A stretch of DNA of 63,881 bases, the filler included, from Intoshia linei (Eukaryota > Animalia > Orthonectida): the NCBI GenBank assembly GCA_001642005.1. It is 7 parts of 7 records of this genome, joined end to end, with 100 filler letters (N's around TTAATTAATTAA, not from the genome) between each part and the next. Parts side by side here need not be neighbours in the genome. Positions count along the whole stretch, not along the records: positions 34,953 to 61,367 come from LWCA01000469.1; positions 61,468 to 62,534 come from LWCA01002814.1; positions 62,635 to 63,881 come from LWCA01002678.1; 4 more parts are not named here. One strand, written 5' to 3'. Numbering within the stretch: position 1 is the first letter of the stretch; every line of letters begins with the position of its first letter. Shown here piece by piece: positions 52,605 to 63,881 of this stretch. The notes under the pieces were generated by a model. It saw nothing but the letters and a program-made list of their open reading frames with translations. It was not told the DNA's origin and made no database searches. The position numbers and the translations under genes are program-made.

Positions 52605-53544
52605 TTATATAAAGTTTTCAATTGAAAAAGGTATATTAATTTTTTTCTGGCATGTATCTTTTCCGACAATTTTATCTATGGAATAATTTAGTATAGATTT
52701 TTTTGTTGAAATTTTCGTGTCTGTTTCGTTTTGAGTCGATAAATTTATTTTAATTTTTTTCGCACTTGATTCTGCTTGGTCATACTTTGAAACATTTTCT
52801 TTTATTAAAATTTTGTTGTACGGTTTGTTTTGCTGGATATAATACCAAAATTTTACTCGGTTTTGATAATTTTCCAAGTTGTGTTTGTATAATTGATAAT
52901 TTTGAATTTGATTTGACAAAAAGTTTTGATATCCCATTTGTTGTAAATTTGTGTATCTATTTAAATTTTCTTGGGACGGTTGGAAATTTTTTTCATTATC
53001 TTTTAAATTTTTGTAATAATTACAATACGTTTCATTCATTGGAATGTGACCGAAATATGCTGCATTTGTCCGTCTCAGTTTACCTAATTTAGATGGTTAT
53101 TTTAATAATATTAATATAATATATTTATTACATGTTTTAATATCTATTGAAATATTTACCTGTTGTTTCGCCGATGGTTACATTGTAACTTTGAGCAGAT
53201 AGAGCCCAATAGTTCCCTTTACCAGGATCGTTAAAATTTCTAGGAATTTTGTAAAAACATTTGTTTAAACTCAGGTTATGTCTTATTGAATTTTGCCATC
53301 CAATTTTACTACCTTTGTAATATGGAAATCTTTTCATTATGTATTCGTAAATTCCGTTTAATGTTATTTTTGAATCTTTGGAATTTTTAATTGCCATCAT
53401 TATCATAGCATTATAGCTGAATGCTGGTTTTTCGTGTTCATTTTCTTGACTTGATAAGTTTTTTGTATCGTTTAGTTCTGATTCCTTATTTAATTTATTA
53501 TCCATATCATCTTTTCTATCTTTTAAGTATTGATTTTCACTCAT
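52605..53544 (-). CDS. FOXG: Forkhead box G transcription factor, 287 aa
   Basis: Exons 53160-53544 and 52605-53083. [57 protein letters not shown]; the last motif is diagnostic for FoxG. Confidence 0.92.
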
Positions 53545-56500
53545 TATAAATGTGATTAAATATTTATGAACTTTAATAAATTTACTCCGAATTTGATATA
53601 CCAAAAATTCCGCTTTATAAACAAGTGACACTGCTTGAAAAATATTAGTCAATATTTCAATTTGTATTAATCGCTTTATTACATTTTATTTGTTGTTCCA
53701 TTCTCCAATTGCCTTTATGTTATATTAACTGCAAATTGACACATGACACGCCTACTATTAATCTTTAGTCAACATTTTGATTTAATTTTAAATATATTAA
53801 CCGTTTATTTTTAATTGCGTGGCAAAATTTACAAAAATATTACACTGACCAAAATTATCATTATTTTTTTTCAAATTTAAATATTTTCAATACATCTTAT
53901 ATGTATTAACATTTAAATATTATAATAATAGTATGAAAAATAAAGTTATTAAAAAAAATTAAAAAAGGATACTACATTATTATTGGCAGAGCGAATCTAC
54001 CAAACTCGAGGTAATCGAAAATAAAAATAGGGCCTTTAACAACGTTAAGTCTGATAATTTAACTTAAACTCCGATAACAAATTAATATACATAAAACGTA
54101 AACAATGATATCCAGCATAATTCAATAAACACAATTGGATTGGTCCTAGAAAATTTGTTTAATATTACAAAATGTTCATATACAAATTAAAATATTTTTA
54201 GGGCACATTTATCACACCAGAGGGAGACCTCCCTGCACCCACATACATCTAATACTGTCTTAGACTCTTAGATTTTTATTTACTAGCATTTTGTGTCATG
54301 GCCCAATTTTTTGAAATTAATTTATTTCATCATCCAGTAAATAAACAAGTCAAAATGTACGTACAAATCTTGGTTTAATTCATAATTTAATTAACCCTAG
54401 GATGTTTATTAATTAATTTATTGAAAAAGGTAAAAATTAATTTCAATGTATTTATTTATTATATTTATTGTTCATATGGTCCCGGTGTCCATGAAAAATG
54501 TTTAGATTATTAGGAGATAATTTTGACCATAAAAAAATTTACTGTTATTCGTTGGAACTCATTTTATGATTTAGAACTCTGGGTTTACACAGTATCATTT
54601 TTTAGGATCCCTTTACTATCAGATTATATATTAAAAATTGAGGTCTACGACGGAAACAGTTTAGCGCCGCTGCCACTGTAGTACCGTGTTAAGATCGAAT
54701 TGGGTCTAGAGAAATTATTGGCAAAATGTTGTTTTCAATTTTTTTCATTACACACAATATTTATAATAATATCCATTGTCGAACCCTTATAATTTAACAT
54801 AATTATGTTATTGCTAAAAAAAGTTAAAATAAAGAACAGACAGGGTCGTGAATAATCTGCAGTAGGTCAGGGCCAAATGAAAATTGTAGGCCTATAAAAA
54901 TGGGACCTCTATACATTGCTTAATCGATCGTTCATTATCTAAAAATTAAAAATAACCGTTGGAAATCGCATAGAATATTTTATTATACGATACATTTAGT
55001 ATACTTGAGACATTTTCCAAAATTACCTATTATTAATTTTCAAAAGTTAACTCTTTCCCCTTTTCGCGGCCCTGAGAATAGACATACTTGTTATTTTTTT
55101 AAAAATAAAAAATTTTTTGATATATTATTTAGTATTTTATCTTTTACCACTTGTAATCCAATTAAACCTTCAAAATTGTTATCAAAAGAATATTATTCTA
55201 TTTAATCGATGCATTCAAGTCGAATATTTGACTAATAATCTATTATTTCATTCATATTTTGTTCTGCAGGGTGTAGAATAATCCAGTGCTTAATAAACCA
55301 ATCAATTTCTTTTTTTTAGTGTCACTCTAAGAGAAGGATAAACTTTTCGGGTTAACCTTTGAAAAAATTTTAAAAGAAAATTTATTTTATAATTGGAACG
55401 ACAGAAAACTATCTGGAAAACACACTATGTCGAACACGACATCAATTATATCATCGTCAATAGTTTTAATTATAGACAGCAGAGACGAATCTACCCAGTT
55501 CCAGACCACCCGAAAATGAAAAATAAGCCCTAATACATTTTTTCACAAACTATACATAATGTTATAGCCCTAAAGACCTATCTAAGCCCTTGAATTGATA
55601 TATTAAATTTATCACATAAAATGGTTATGATATTCAAGAATATAATTTTTTAATGCTTATTTCGGAAAAATGAGGCCACCATTTTATAAATTTTTTTTAA
55701 ATTGATTTCCTGATAATGATCTTCCTCTTTCACACAAACCTAGCTAGAATATATTAAAAAATGTTATTAAATTCATTCCTTAGAAACTTCACACTAAATT
55801 TATCATTAGATAAAAAACGTCCAAAATTTTTGATTCGTTAAGATGGGTTTATCCTCGTTTTCATTAAATTGAGGGTTGACTGTTTTATTATTGGCCATTT
55901 AAAAAAAATATTAATCCAAAAAAACCAAATACTAATCATAAACACTTTATCGATGATTGTCTCAAATAAACAGTCCCTTAAAATATAAACCTTAAATGAA
56001 GTTACCTACATTATACATTTAAAAAAAATATATAATTGATAATTGTTAATACTGGGTATTTATTTATATAATATTTAAATCCTAAAGGTCTAATAACTAT
56101 TAAAACGAAATATAATTGAATAAAAATCCTATCAGCTGGATACGGAAGAAGAGTATATAATTAATTAAGCTGTTTGATAAACCAAAATCCGAGACAATGG
56201 TCACAAGTTTGGGATGAAAAACAAATTTAACTGTAATTTGGTGTTAAAAAAATAATAACTTGATACATAAAGAATTGAATAAAATGAAGCTACTTGAGTT
56301 TTTGTAAAAGGCGGTCACAGCAGGAAATTATATATAAAAGAATAAAACGAATTATCAGAGAGTTTTAAAGTAGCAATATTGTTTATAGGCTAATTAATAG
56401 ATTGTTGGTTATTAATTTGTAGTTTCCGACAAATCAATTCAATTAAATGGTGGCCTTGTTTAAACATGTGAATAAATGTTTATGTAACAGAGTTTAAGTA

Positions 56501-56873
56501 TCTCATCCATTCATGTTAGTTTAGTAAATATTCAAAAAATAAAAATTAAACAGAACCAGCTTATTTTAACTAATCTGAAATGTTTTAAAATTTTAATATG
56601 AAATCATAAATACGTTATCACATTACAAATTCAACTTTTAAAAATTTAAAGTGCCTGAGGTCACGTTTTGTTAAAACATGTTTGACTTTTGAAGAGGTTA
56701 TTTAAAACACCATTACAATCTTGTACTCTTAAACTTGACAAATTTTTAAACAGTCTTTGTATCGAAATGATATTCAATTGAAAAATAACGTAACAAACAT
56801 TTACACATTTATTTAAAATAAAAAATTTAAAACGTGTCACACAAATTGGTTAGACAATTTAAAGGTAACGTTT

Positions 56874-59800
56874 TCATATTCTCGTGTCAATAATCACCAA
56901 AAATTCATCAGCCAAGGACTGATCTACAAAAAGATACGTTGCCGCATAAGAAAAATCCACTATTAGTTTCAAAAATTCAGCAGCACAAGAACTAAATAAA
57001 CACAATCTTAATCAAATATCAAATATTTATCGCAAAAATTTAATCTACATGTCAACATTGACAAGAAACATTTCAATTAATATTAAAATAAATGTTTTTA
57101 TATTGAAACATGACATTTCAGATTAAAAATGATTTATACATGTTTTTAAAATTTAAATAAACCTCTGTAGTAGCTCTGTTCTCGTGATTTTGTAAGGATC
57201 TTTGGATTGAATCATATCAAACATTTCGTCAATAAAACTATTATAATTTTCTTCTATTCCATCTCTCATGTTAAAAACTTGGTACATTGACTAAATATAG
57301 TTATCATTTTATTTGGAAATATAAACGTCCACAAAAAAAGTAATATCAGAAACGTCCAAGCAATTTTTTTCGTTTAAATCCAGCAATTTAAAAAAGTAAG
57401 ATATTGAAGAAGGTTGCTCCATGAACATGAATGCATACATTAAATTCAGATAGCCATTATAATCCTATATTCAATAATTACACGAGCAATTTAGTCAACA
57501 TAATATATACATTCATTTGGGAATTTTGAGTGAAATATAATATACGAAAAATTAAATTAAATAATTAAATGACTAAATAAACACGTGAAATATTGTTTAA
57601 AAATTAAAATGTAATCACGTATTAGATTCTACATCACAAGTGTCAAATATGATATCATGGGCTAATAATATATGATAAATATGTTATCATCACCTAAACA
57701 CATTAAGAGTCAGGACCAAGAAGGAAAATTTCTCATAAAATATTTAAAATTTTATTTATCCTTATAATCATACCATACAAAGAGTCCTTACGCGACCGAC
57801 GCCGAATCATAATTTTATATTATTTTTTAATTTTAGGGAGCAGTTGGCCCTGACATGACAATGATTATCAATATCAGACTGTTCATATTTATACTGTCGT
57901 TTACTCATTTCACAATTTATAAAACTACAGTAATCCAAAATGTTCTTTCAGATCAGGGGTCGGCAACCTTTTGCATCTCGTGGGCCACTTTTTTATATCA
58001 AAAAATTCTACGCCCCGTTTTTGAAAATTTACACAAGATAAATTTCAATTTTAACTGAATTGAAACGATTATAATATATTCCACAAAATAAAATTCAGGG
58101 AAATCTGAAAATTCAGTATTAAACTGATTATAATGAACCAATTATAGTAGAAAATGTTAAAACGGTATTTAAAACTTGAAAAATTTACATATTTTCTCAA
58201 AAGGCCACCAACATTATTCTGTGAGCCACTTTTGGCCCGCGGGCCACTGGTTGCCAATTCCCTGCTTCAAATGGATACATGGAATTCATAAAAATAACCA
58301 ATTTTCCATTATGAGTACACATTGTTTCAAAAATTCTTTTGATAATATGCGGAGTAATATGCTTTGAGTTATTACTAAAATGTTTAATTCAATAATTTAA
58401 ATTATATAGCAGGGCTCGGTAACCTTTCGTGTATCGTGGGCCGAAAATTTTAAATTAAACATTTTCTGATTAAAAATATGTTTGGTGAGAAAATGACATA
58501 CCTGATGTAGGTTGCCTATCTCTGTTATACATTTATATTATCTAGTATTAATATTTTATGTTACTCAACCATTTTTCCATCTGGCATACAGCTAATAATA
58601 CTTGGAATAATTGGAAACTAATATATGTATGTATGTAAAATTAGAAAAAATTTTAATGAAAAAACCCCCCACGCGTAACTAAAAAAGTAATCGTCAGAAA
58701 TTAAAAATTTGACGTAACGAAGAAAACTCAAATTTTTATAAGAATAATGTTTTTAACATTTATTTTTACTACTCTTACTTTACTACAAATAGAAAATCCA
58801 AACATGTCGATAAAATGTATAAACATTAATTTAAGTTCCATTTTTGGTTTTTTGTTTAAAAGTTAGGTCAATATAATAATACATTTTTTGGTATAAACTA
58901 ATGTTTTTCAACCTTTTCACACATTACCCATATTATATTATTTATTTTTATATTATCAAAAATATTTTTTGAACTGAATATTGGATAGTCATGTTTTTTA
59001 GAATAAGAGCCATATTAATTTTTTCAAAAATCCAATTTTACAAAATAGTAAAATAAAATCATTTCTGAATTTTATAGTACTGCTTTTATTTAAAAAAAAC
59101 GGGAAAATTGTGTTTTTATAAACTATAAACTAAAAAAGAGATATAAACATGTTCTGCAAAAAACTATTAGAAATTGGATTTTTTTAAATTCTACGACTTA
59201 AATATTTAAATATACGGTAACATACACACACATGTAATTTTATATAAGTAAAGGATTACCGAGTTTTTCTAAAATCTTAAAAACCATTCAAATCACGAAT
59301 GTTTAAATTTAGTCTAAAAACTACTGCAAAAATGTGTTAAAATTATTAAATTGTAAATAACAATTGTAAAAAAGTATAATTTTTGAAAAAATTACGCTAA
59401 TAATTCATCACAAGATAAAAGTCCATCTCCATCCTTGTCAGTATTAATAAAAACACCATAAAATCTAATAATACTGTCCACATAAAAAATATTTGTAGAA
59501 GTTTCCGATTGAGTTAACTCGTTTTGAAGCTAAAAATATAAAAAATAAAAAAAATAACTTTTAAATAATAAAATAAACAAATAAAAAACCTCTAGTAACT
59601 CTTCAATAAACCCAGTAGCCAAAATATCAGTAATAACAAATTTTCCACTATTAGAATAATCGAGAAAAAAACCAAACAATCTTGTAATAGAGACAATATA
59701 ATAATCAATAAAATTGTCATCGACCACGTTAGATTTATGAAATTTATTAACCATATTTCGTAAATAGCTAACAAAATTCTAAAAAAACAAATTAACCAAA

Positions 59801-60585
59801 TAGAAATTAATAATAATAAAAATTAAAAAACTTAAATTTACATTAAAATTTAAAAACCCTTCTCCAGTTTCATCATACAAAAGCATTTCAATTCGAGTAT
59901 TAACAATCCAGAGAGATTTAGTAATCATTTCAAACAATTGATCAGTTCTAATTCTATACTTGGGATCATTTTTGGATAAAAAAGCAAAAGTATGAGATGA
60001 AAACATAAATCTTTATAATTAAATGAAAAAAAAAAAACTTTAAAAATCACCTAAAATTTGAACCCAACATGTGCTTAAATTTTATAAATTCATTAAATGT
60101 TAAATATTCCTGTTTGGCTAATTCACAGTCTTCGCAAATTTTCTATCAAAAATGATAAATTTTGTAAATTGTAGATATAAAAATATTTACAGATAATTTT
60201 AATTTCTTTTCAGTCGAAATTCGCGATATTTTTTTATAAAACAAGTCTCTAAAATAATCAATTTACATTTAAAATAAATATTTTTACCTATATTCACAGT
60301 TGAATTTTTTTTGGATAATATTATCAAATTTCTACAATATTTTAAAATTATTTTTATAATTTTAAACTATTTTTTGGAAAAAATTAATTCTTTCTTGTTT
60401 TTTTTCGTTTTGATACAAATCCTCCCCATTTTTTTCACACTCTATAAACATATTTAGTAAAAAATTTTTTCTTGTGTTTTTAGATATAATTATATACCAT
60501 TAAATATTATTATAAAATTACCAACGTTGGATGCATTTTCATTCAAAAATTTCAATTTATTTAATATATTAGTGTATTTACTCAT
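56874..60585 (-). CDS. PPP2R3C: PP2A regulatory subunit B'' gamma (EF-hand)
   Basis: Multi-exon. LYDETGEGFL, RLFGFFLDYSNSGKFVITDILATGFIEELLE, NTDKDGDGLLSCDEL, DGKMDYNGYL..YFFKLLD and DEMFDMIQSKDPYKIT follow the PPP2R3C motif order. The 5' exons are approximate. Confidence 0.85.
57954..58264. mobile_element. hAT-type MITE in a PPP2R3C intron
   Basis: CAGGGGTCGGCAACC / GGTTGCCAATTCCCTG. Flanks tttcagat/cttcaaat (6/8). Contains tggcccgcgggcca. Confidence 0.8.
58410..58524. mobile_element. Short related hAT-type MITE
   Basis: CAGGGCTCGGTAACC / GGTTGCCTATCTCTG. Flanks ttatatag/ttatacat (6/8). Confidence 0.7.
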
Positions 60586-61206
60586 TTATAAAAATTTTTA
60601 TTTATTTTATTATATTGTTTATAAAGTTATGTCGTTTTTAATTTCACTATATTTTGGTGATTTAAAATTTTTAATTTACTAATTTAAAAGTGGTAATTAT
60701 ATGAATAAGGACTGTGTAGAGTAGAACGATACAGGATGGACATTCTCCAATTATTACCAGAATTAAAGTTTTTATTGACCGCTCTAAATTTTCATATTTG
60801 ATTACGAACGGTACATCTTGATCAGTATACTTTCCTATTTTCGATAAATTAACTATTATATAGAAAGCAATGATAAAAATTGTTAAAAAATTGCTAATAT
60901 GAATACGAAAAAAATCAATTTTACATAAAATATTTATTAATTTTAACAACGTGAATATATTTACGACGTATAGTGTTATTTTTCATACTAAGAAATGTAA
61001 AAACAGATGAGATTGAAATTATTTAATGTTAATAAAATTTTACAAAAAAGTACATATTCACATAATTCCATTTAAATTTTCATATGGATATGTATTATAA
61101 ATTTACTACACTAATACATTTATATATAATAATCGACATTATGAGTACATTGTTTCCCGAATAAACTAAATGTAAATAATTTATATTACATTAATTTTAA
61201 TTAGTA

Positions 61207-61367
61207 TTAGGTCGTTTCATAAGTAATGTCGTTTTTTTAACAAAATTAAAAAGTTTATTTGATTACATTAAAAATAAAGTTATATTATAAAATACATAAT
61301 ATATTATATACACAAAATATTCACCATTGCTTTCCAGTCTTTTTCCAACGTTCCGGTAGTCTATTTA
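61207..61367 (-). mobile_element. mariner transposon 3' end
   Basis: TA followed by TIR TTAGGTCGTTTCATAAGTAATGTCG, similar to the TIR at 5349-5373. The minus strand encodes RLPERWKK../ESNGEYF, a mariner C-terminus. Confidence 0.8.
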
Positions 61368-61467
61368 NNNNNNNNNNNNNNNNNNNNNNNNNNNNNNNNN
61401 NNNNNNNNNNNTTAATTAATTAANNNNNNNNNNNNNNNNNNNNNNNNNNNNNNNNNNNNNNNNNNNN

Positions 61468-61526
61468 AAATGTGCCCTCGGCAGAGCTAGGTGCTATTTG
61501 TACGTAGTACATAACAGTCAATCTAG
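61468..61526 (+). mobile_element. Helitron family 3' terminus
   Basis: aaatgtgccctcggcagagctaggtgctatttGTACgtaGTACataacagtcaatCTAG|t. Confidence 0.75.
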
Positions 61527-62634
61527 TATAATTATAAAAAAATGAGGCCAATTAGAAAACACATTAATCACACTTGAAAAATTTTACTATAAATTAAATT
61601 TATTTTAAATTCTAGTACTTTTAATTAATTAAACGATAAGATACACAGATATTCAATTATACATAAGTAAATTAAATAAATGCTGATATATCAGATACAT
61701 ATGTATAATGTAAATTCATTATTTATATGGCAAGAAAAAATAATTTAAATTTCGTCTAGGGAATAATGCAACATTGGAAATATTCATTCATATTAAACTA
61801 TTTATGAGACAGTTGCATTCAAAAAATAAAATATTAATACATGCATACATTATTATGTTCATATCGATACTCTGTTTTATAATAAGGTTATCAAACAAAA
61901 GATATGACTTAATAGATAATGAGATTTGTTTTAATTTACATTTATATATTTTTATTTCTACAAAATGAAAAAATTCATTTTTCCATTTATTTTTAATTTA
62001 TTAAATTTTCAATGTTTTCAATGTGAAGTATTTCATATCCCCCAACCTACTAAGACTCATTATATTAGCAAGGTATATTTATTCATTTTAAATGTACTAT
62101 AATTGTAATTATTATTTAAATTTAACTTATTACTTGAAAACTTCAATGGAAGCTGTTTAGTTAAAGTAATACAGCACAAATGTTACTGAAACGAAATTGA
62201 GATTACAGATTATTATACCTTACAACTTAAGTAATAATTAGTGATCAATAAACAATGTTCGTTAAAAATTATCAAAACATTTGATATAAAAGTTTATAAT
62301 TGAAAAAAATTTGCCATTTTTTAAAAGGGTGTGTTATAAACGTTATGATATATCTATTAGAGTGTCCACTTTTTAAACTTTCCGTTGAATTAACAAAAGT
62401 ATATTTTACTGAGCGTTCGAAATGTAATTTAAAACACAATTACCGATTAAATTTTATCTAGTCTTGTAATTTCCTTCGCTTATTTTTTTTTAAACCTTTT
62501 TTAAAAACATGACAGAAGAACTTTATTATTGTTTNNNNNNNNNNNNNNNNNNNNNNNNNNNNNNNNNNNNNNNNNNNNTTAATTAATTAANNNNNNNNNN
62601 NNNNNNNNNNNNNNNNNNNNNNNNNNNNNNNNNN

Positions 62635-63229
62635 CTCTGATTAAATTTGATAGGATATTGTTACCTCCATTACACTTAAAAATCGGATCATGCTCACAGT
62701 ATTTAAAATGTTTAAGAAAGAGATCTCTCGACCCTTCTCAACTACGTATTACTTTAACAAATTCTCTGCCACATTTATCGGAAATGAAATTGTTGGCAGG
62801 AGTATTAAATGGACCAGAAATCAAACAACTTTTTATGTCTAAAACATTTGAAAACAGTCTATGTCCTGATGAATTAAATGCATTGAGGTCATTTAAGTAT
62901 GTCGTTAACTTTGTACCAGGTTATTAATTTCATATAAAAATCTAAAATTTTAATTAGGTAAAGACAAATTTCCAAATTCTAAAAGATACATAGAATATTT
63001 GCTTAATTCGTATTCTAAAATAGGCTGTTTGATGAGTTTTAAAGTGCACCTGTTGCAATGCCATTATGATCAATTACCAGTTTCTCATCTTATATCAGAA
63101 GAGCATGGTGAACGCTTTCATCAAACTTTGAAAACATTTGAAACCCGATTCAAAGGCAAATTAATGAATTCGGTGATCATTGACTATATTAGGTTTGTAA
63201 ATTCTAGATTGTTGTCAAAAATCCATTAA
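62635..63229 (+). mobile_element. Chapaev3 (CMC superfamily) transposase, C-terminal part, with a 38-bp intron
   Basis: LPPLHLKIG..LSEMKL..GPEIKQL..GCLMSFKVHLL..SEEHGERFHQ..RFKG. The GT-AG intron at 62920-62957 joins the two ORFs in frame. Confidence 0.75.
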
Positions 63230-63881
63230 ATTTTAATTTTACATTATTTTTAATGTCGTATAAAAAAATTCTCGATCTAACCTTAGCATTGTTAAAGGTA
63301 GAATAAAAAGTAGACTCTTGGATGTTATTAACTGATTGTTAACTTTGTTATAGGTCAAATAGTGAGTTTTAGATCACAATCAATATAACTTTTTTGTAAT
63401 TATGGTATTTTATTTTTATTATATCTCGAAACGTCGATCTGACTTGATAAAGTGACCCACACCATTCGAATCACAAGAATACCAGCTACAAAACGATATA
63501 GGTTAGAAAAATCTATTTTGAAATTTTTCGAAAAATGTACTGTGTTTATATGCAAACAACCACGAATTATTAATTGTGTAAACTGTAATAATTTGTAATT
63601 CGTTAATGCATTGTTATACCAGAAAAAATAAAATTATAAAAACCTATTTTGTCATTTTCAATGTGATGACTAGGGCAAACTTTTTCTAACCTATAAAATC
63701 GTCAAAATATAACCTATCAAAATAAAATTCTAACTTTTTTAACCTATAAAAAATGCATTAAACATTCAATTTGGTCCCCCCTGTTAAAAATAATTTAAAA
63801 ATTAAATATTAAGATTTATTATGGTACATATTAAATATTTTTTAACGTTACTAGATAAAAAATTCCTTTGTTTTGTGAGTA

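Noticed and set aside
60671-60949. 92-aa hydrophobic ORF upstream of PPP2R3C
   Set aside because: No ATG and no recognisable motif. It could be a terminal exon, but this is unsupported.

Overview
A very AT-rich eukaryotic (animal) genomic window with spliceosomal GT-AG introns, many only 35-55 bp long. This architecture suggests a highly compacted invertebrate genome, possibly orthonectid-like (inference only). Six N-gaps each carry a TTAATTAATTAA linker, so contiguity across them is uncertain. Genes reconstructed by hand: axonemal dynein heavy chain DNAH10 (32 exons, 3474 codons, 5' end missing), a class A peptide-type GPCR, MRM2 exon 1, a BIN3-like N-BAR gene, an OB-fold-only STN1-like gene, an SDS22-type LRR gene, TMEM223, FoxG and PPP2R3C. 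Introns and intergenic DNA are full of degraded transposons: hAT/Buster elements and MITEs with 8-bp TSDs, Tc1, mariner, a pogo-like MITE, Gypsy, Chapaev3, a minisatellite-bearing foldback element, and an ORF-less ~1-kb Helitron family with about 10 pieces. Several of these are nested. No rRNA, tRNA or CRISPR was seen. I found no convincing wholly new biological system. The best leads are the truncated STN1, the Helitron family, the intron-containing Chapaev3 transposase and the C-terminal eh1 motifs of FoxG.
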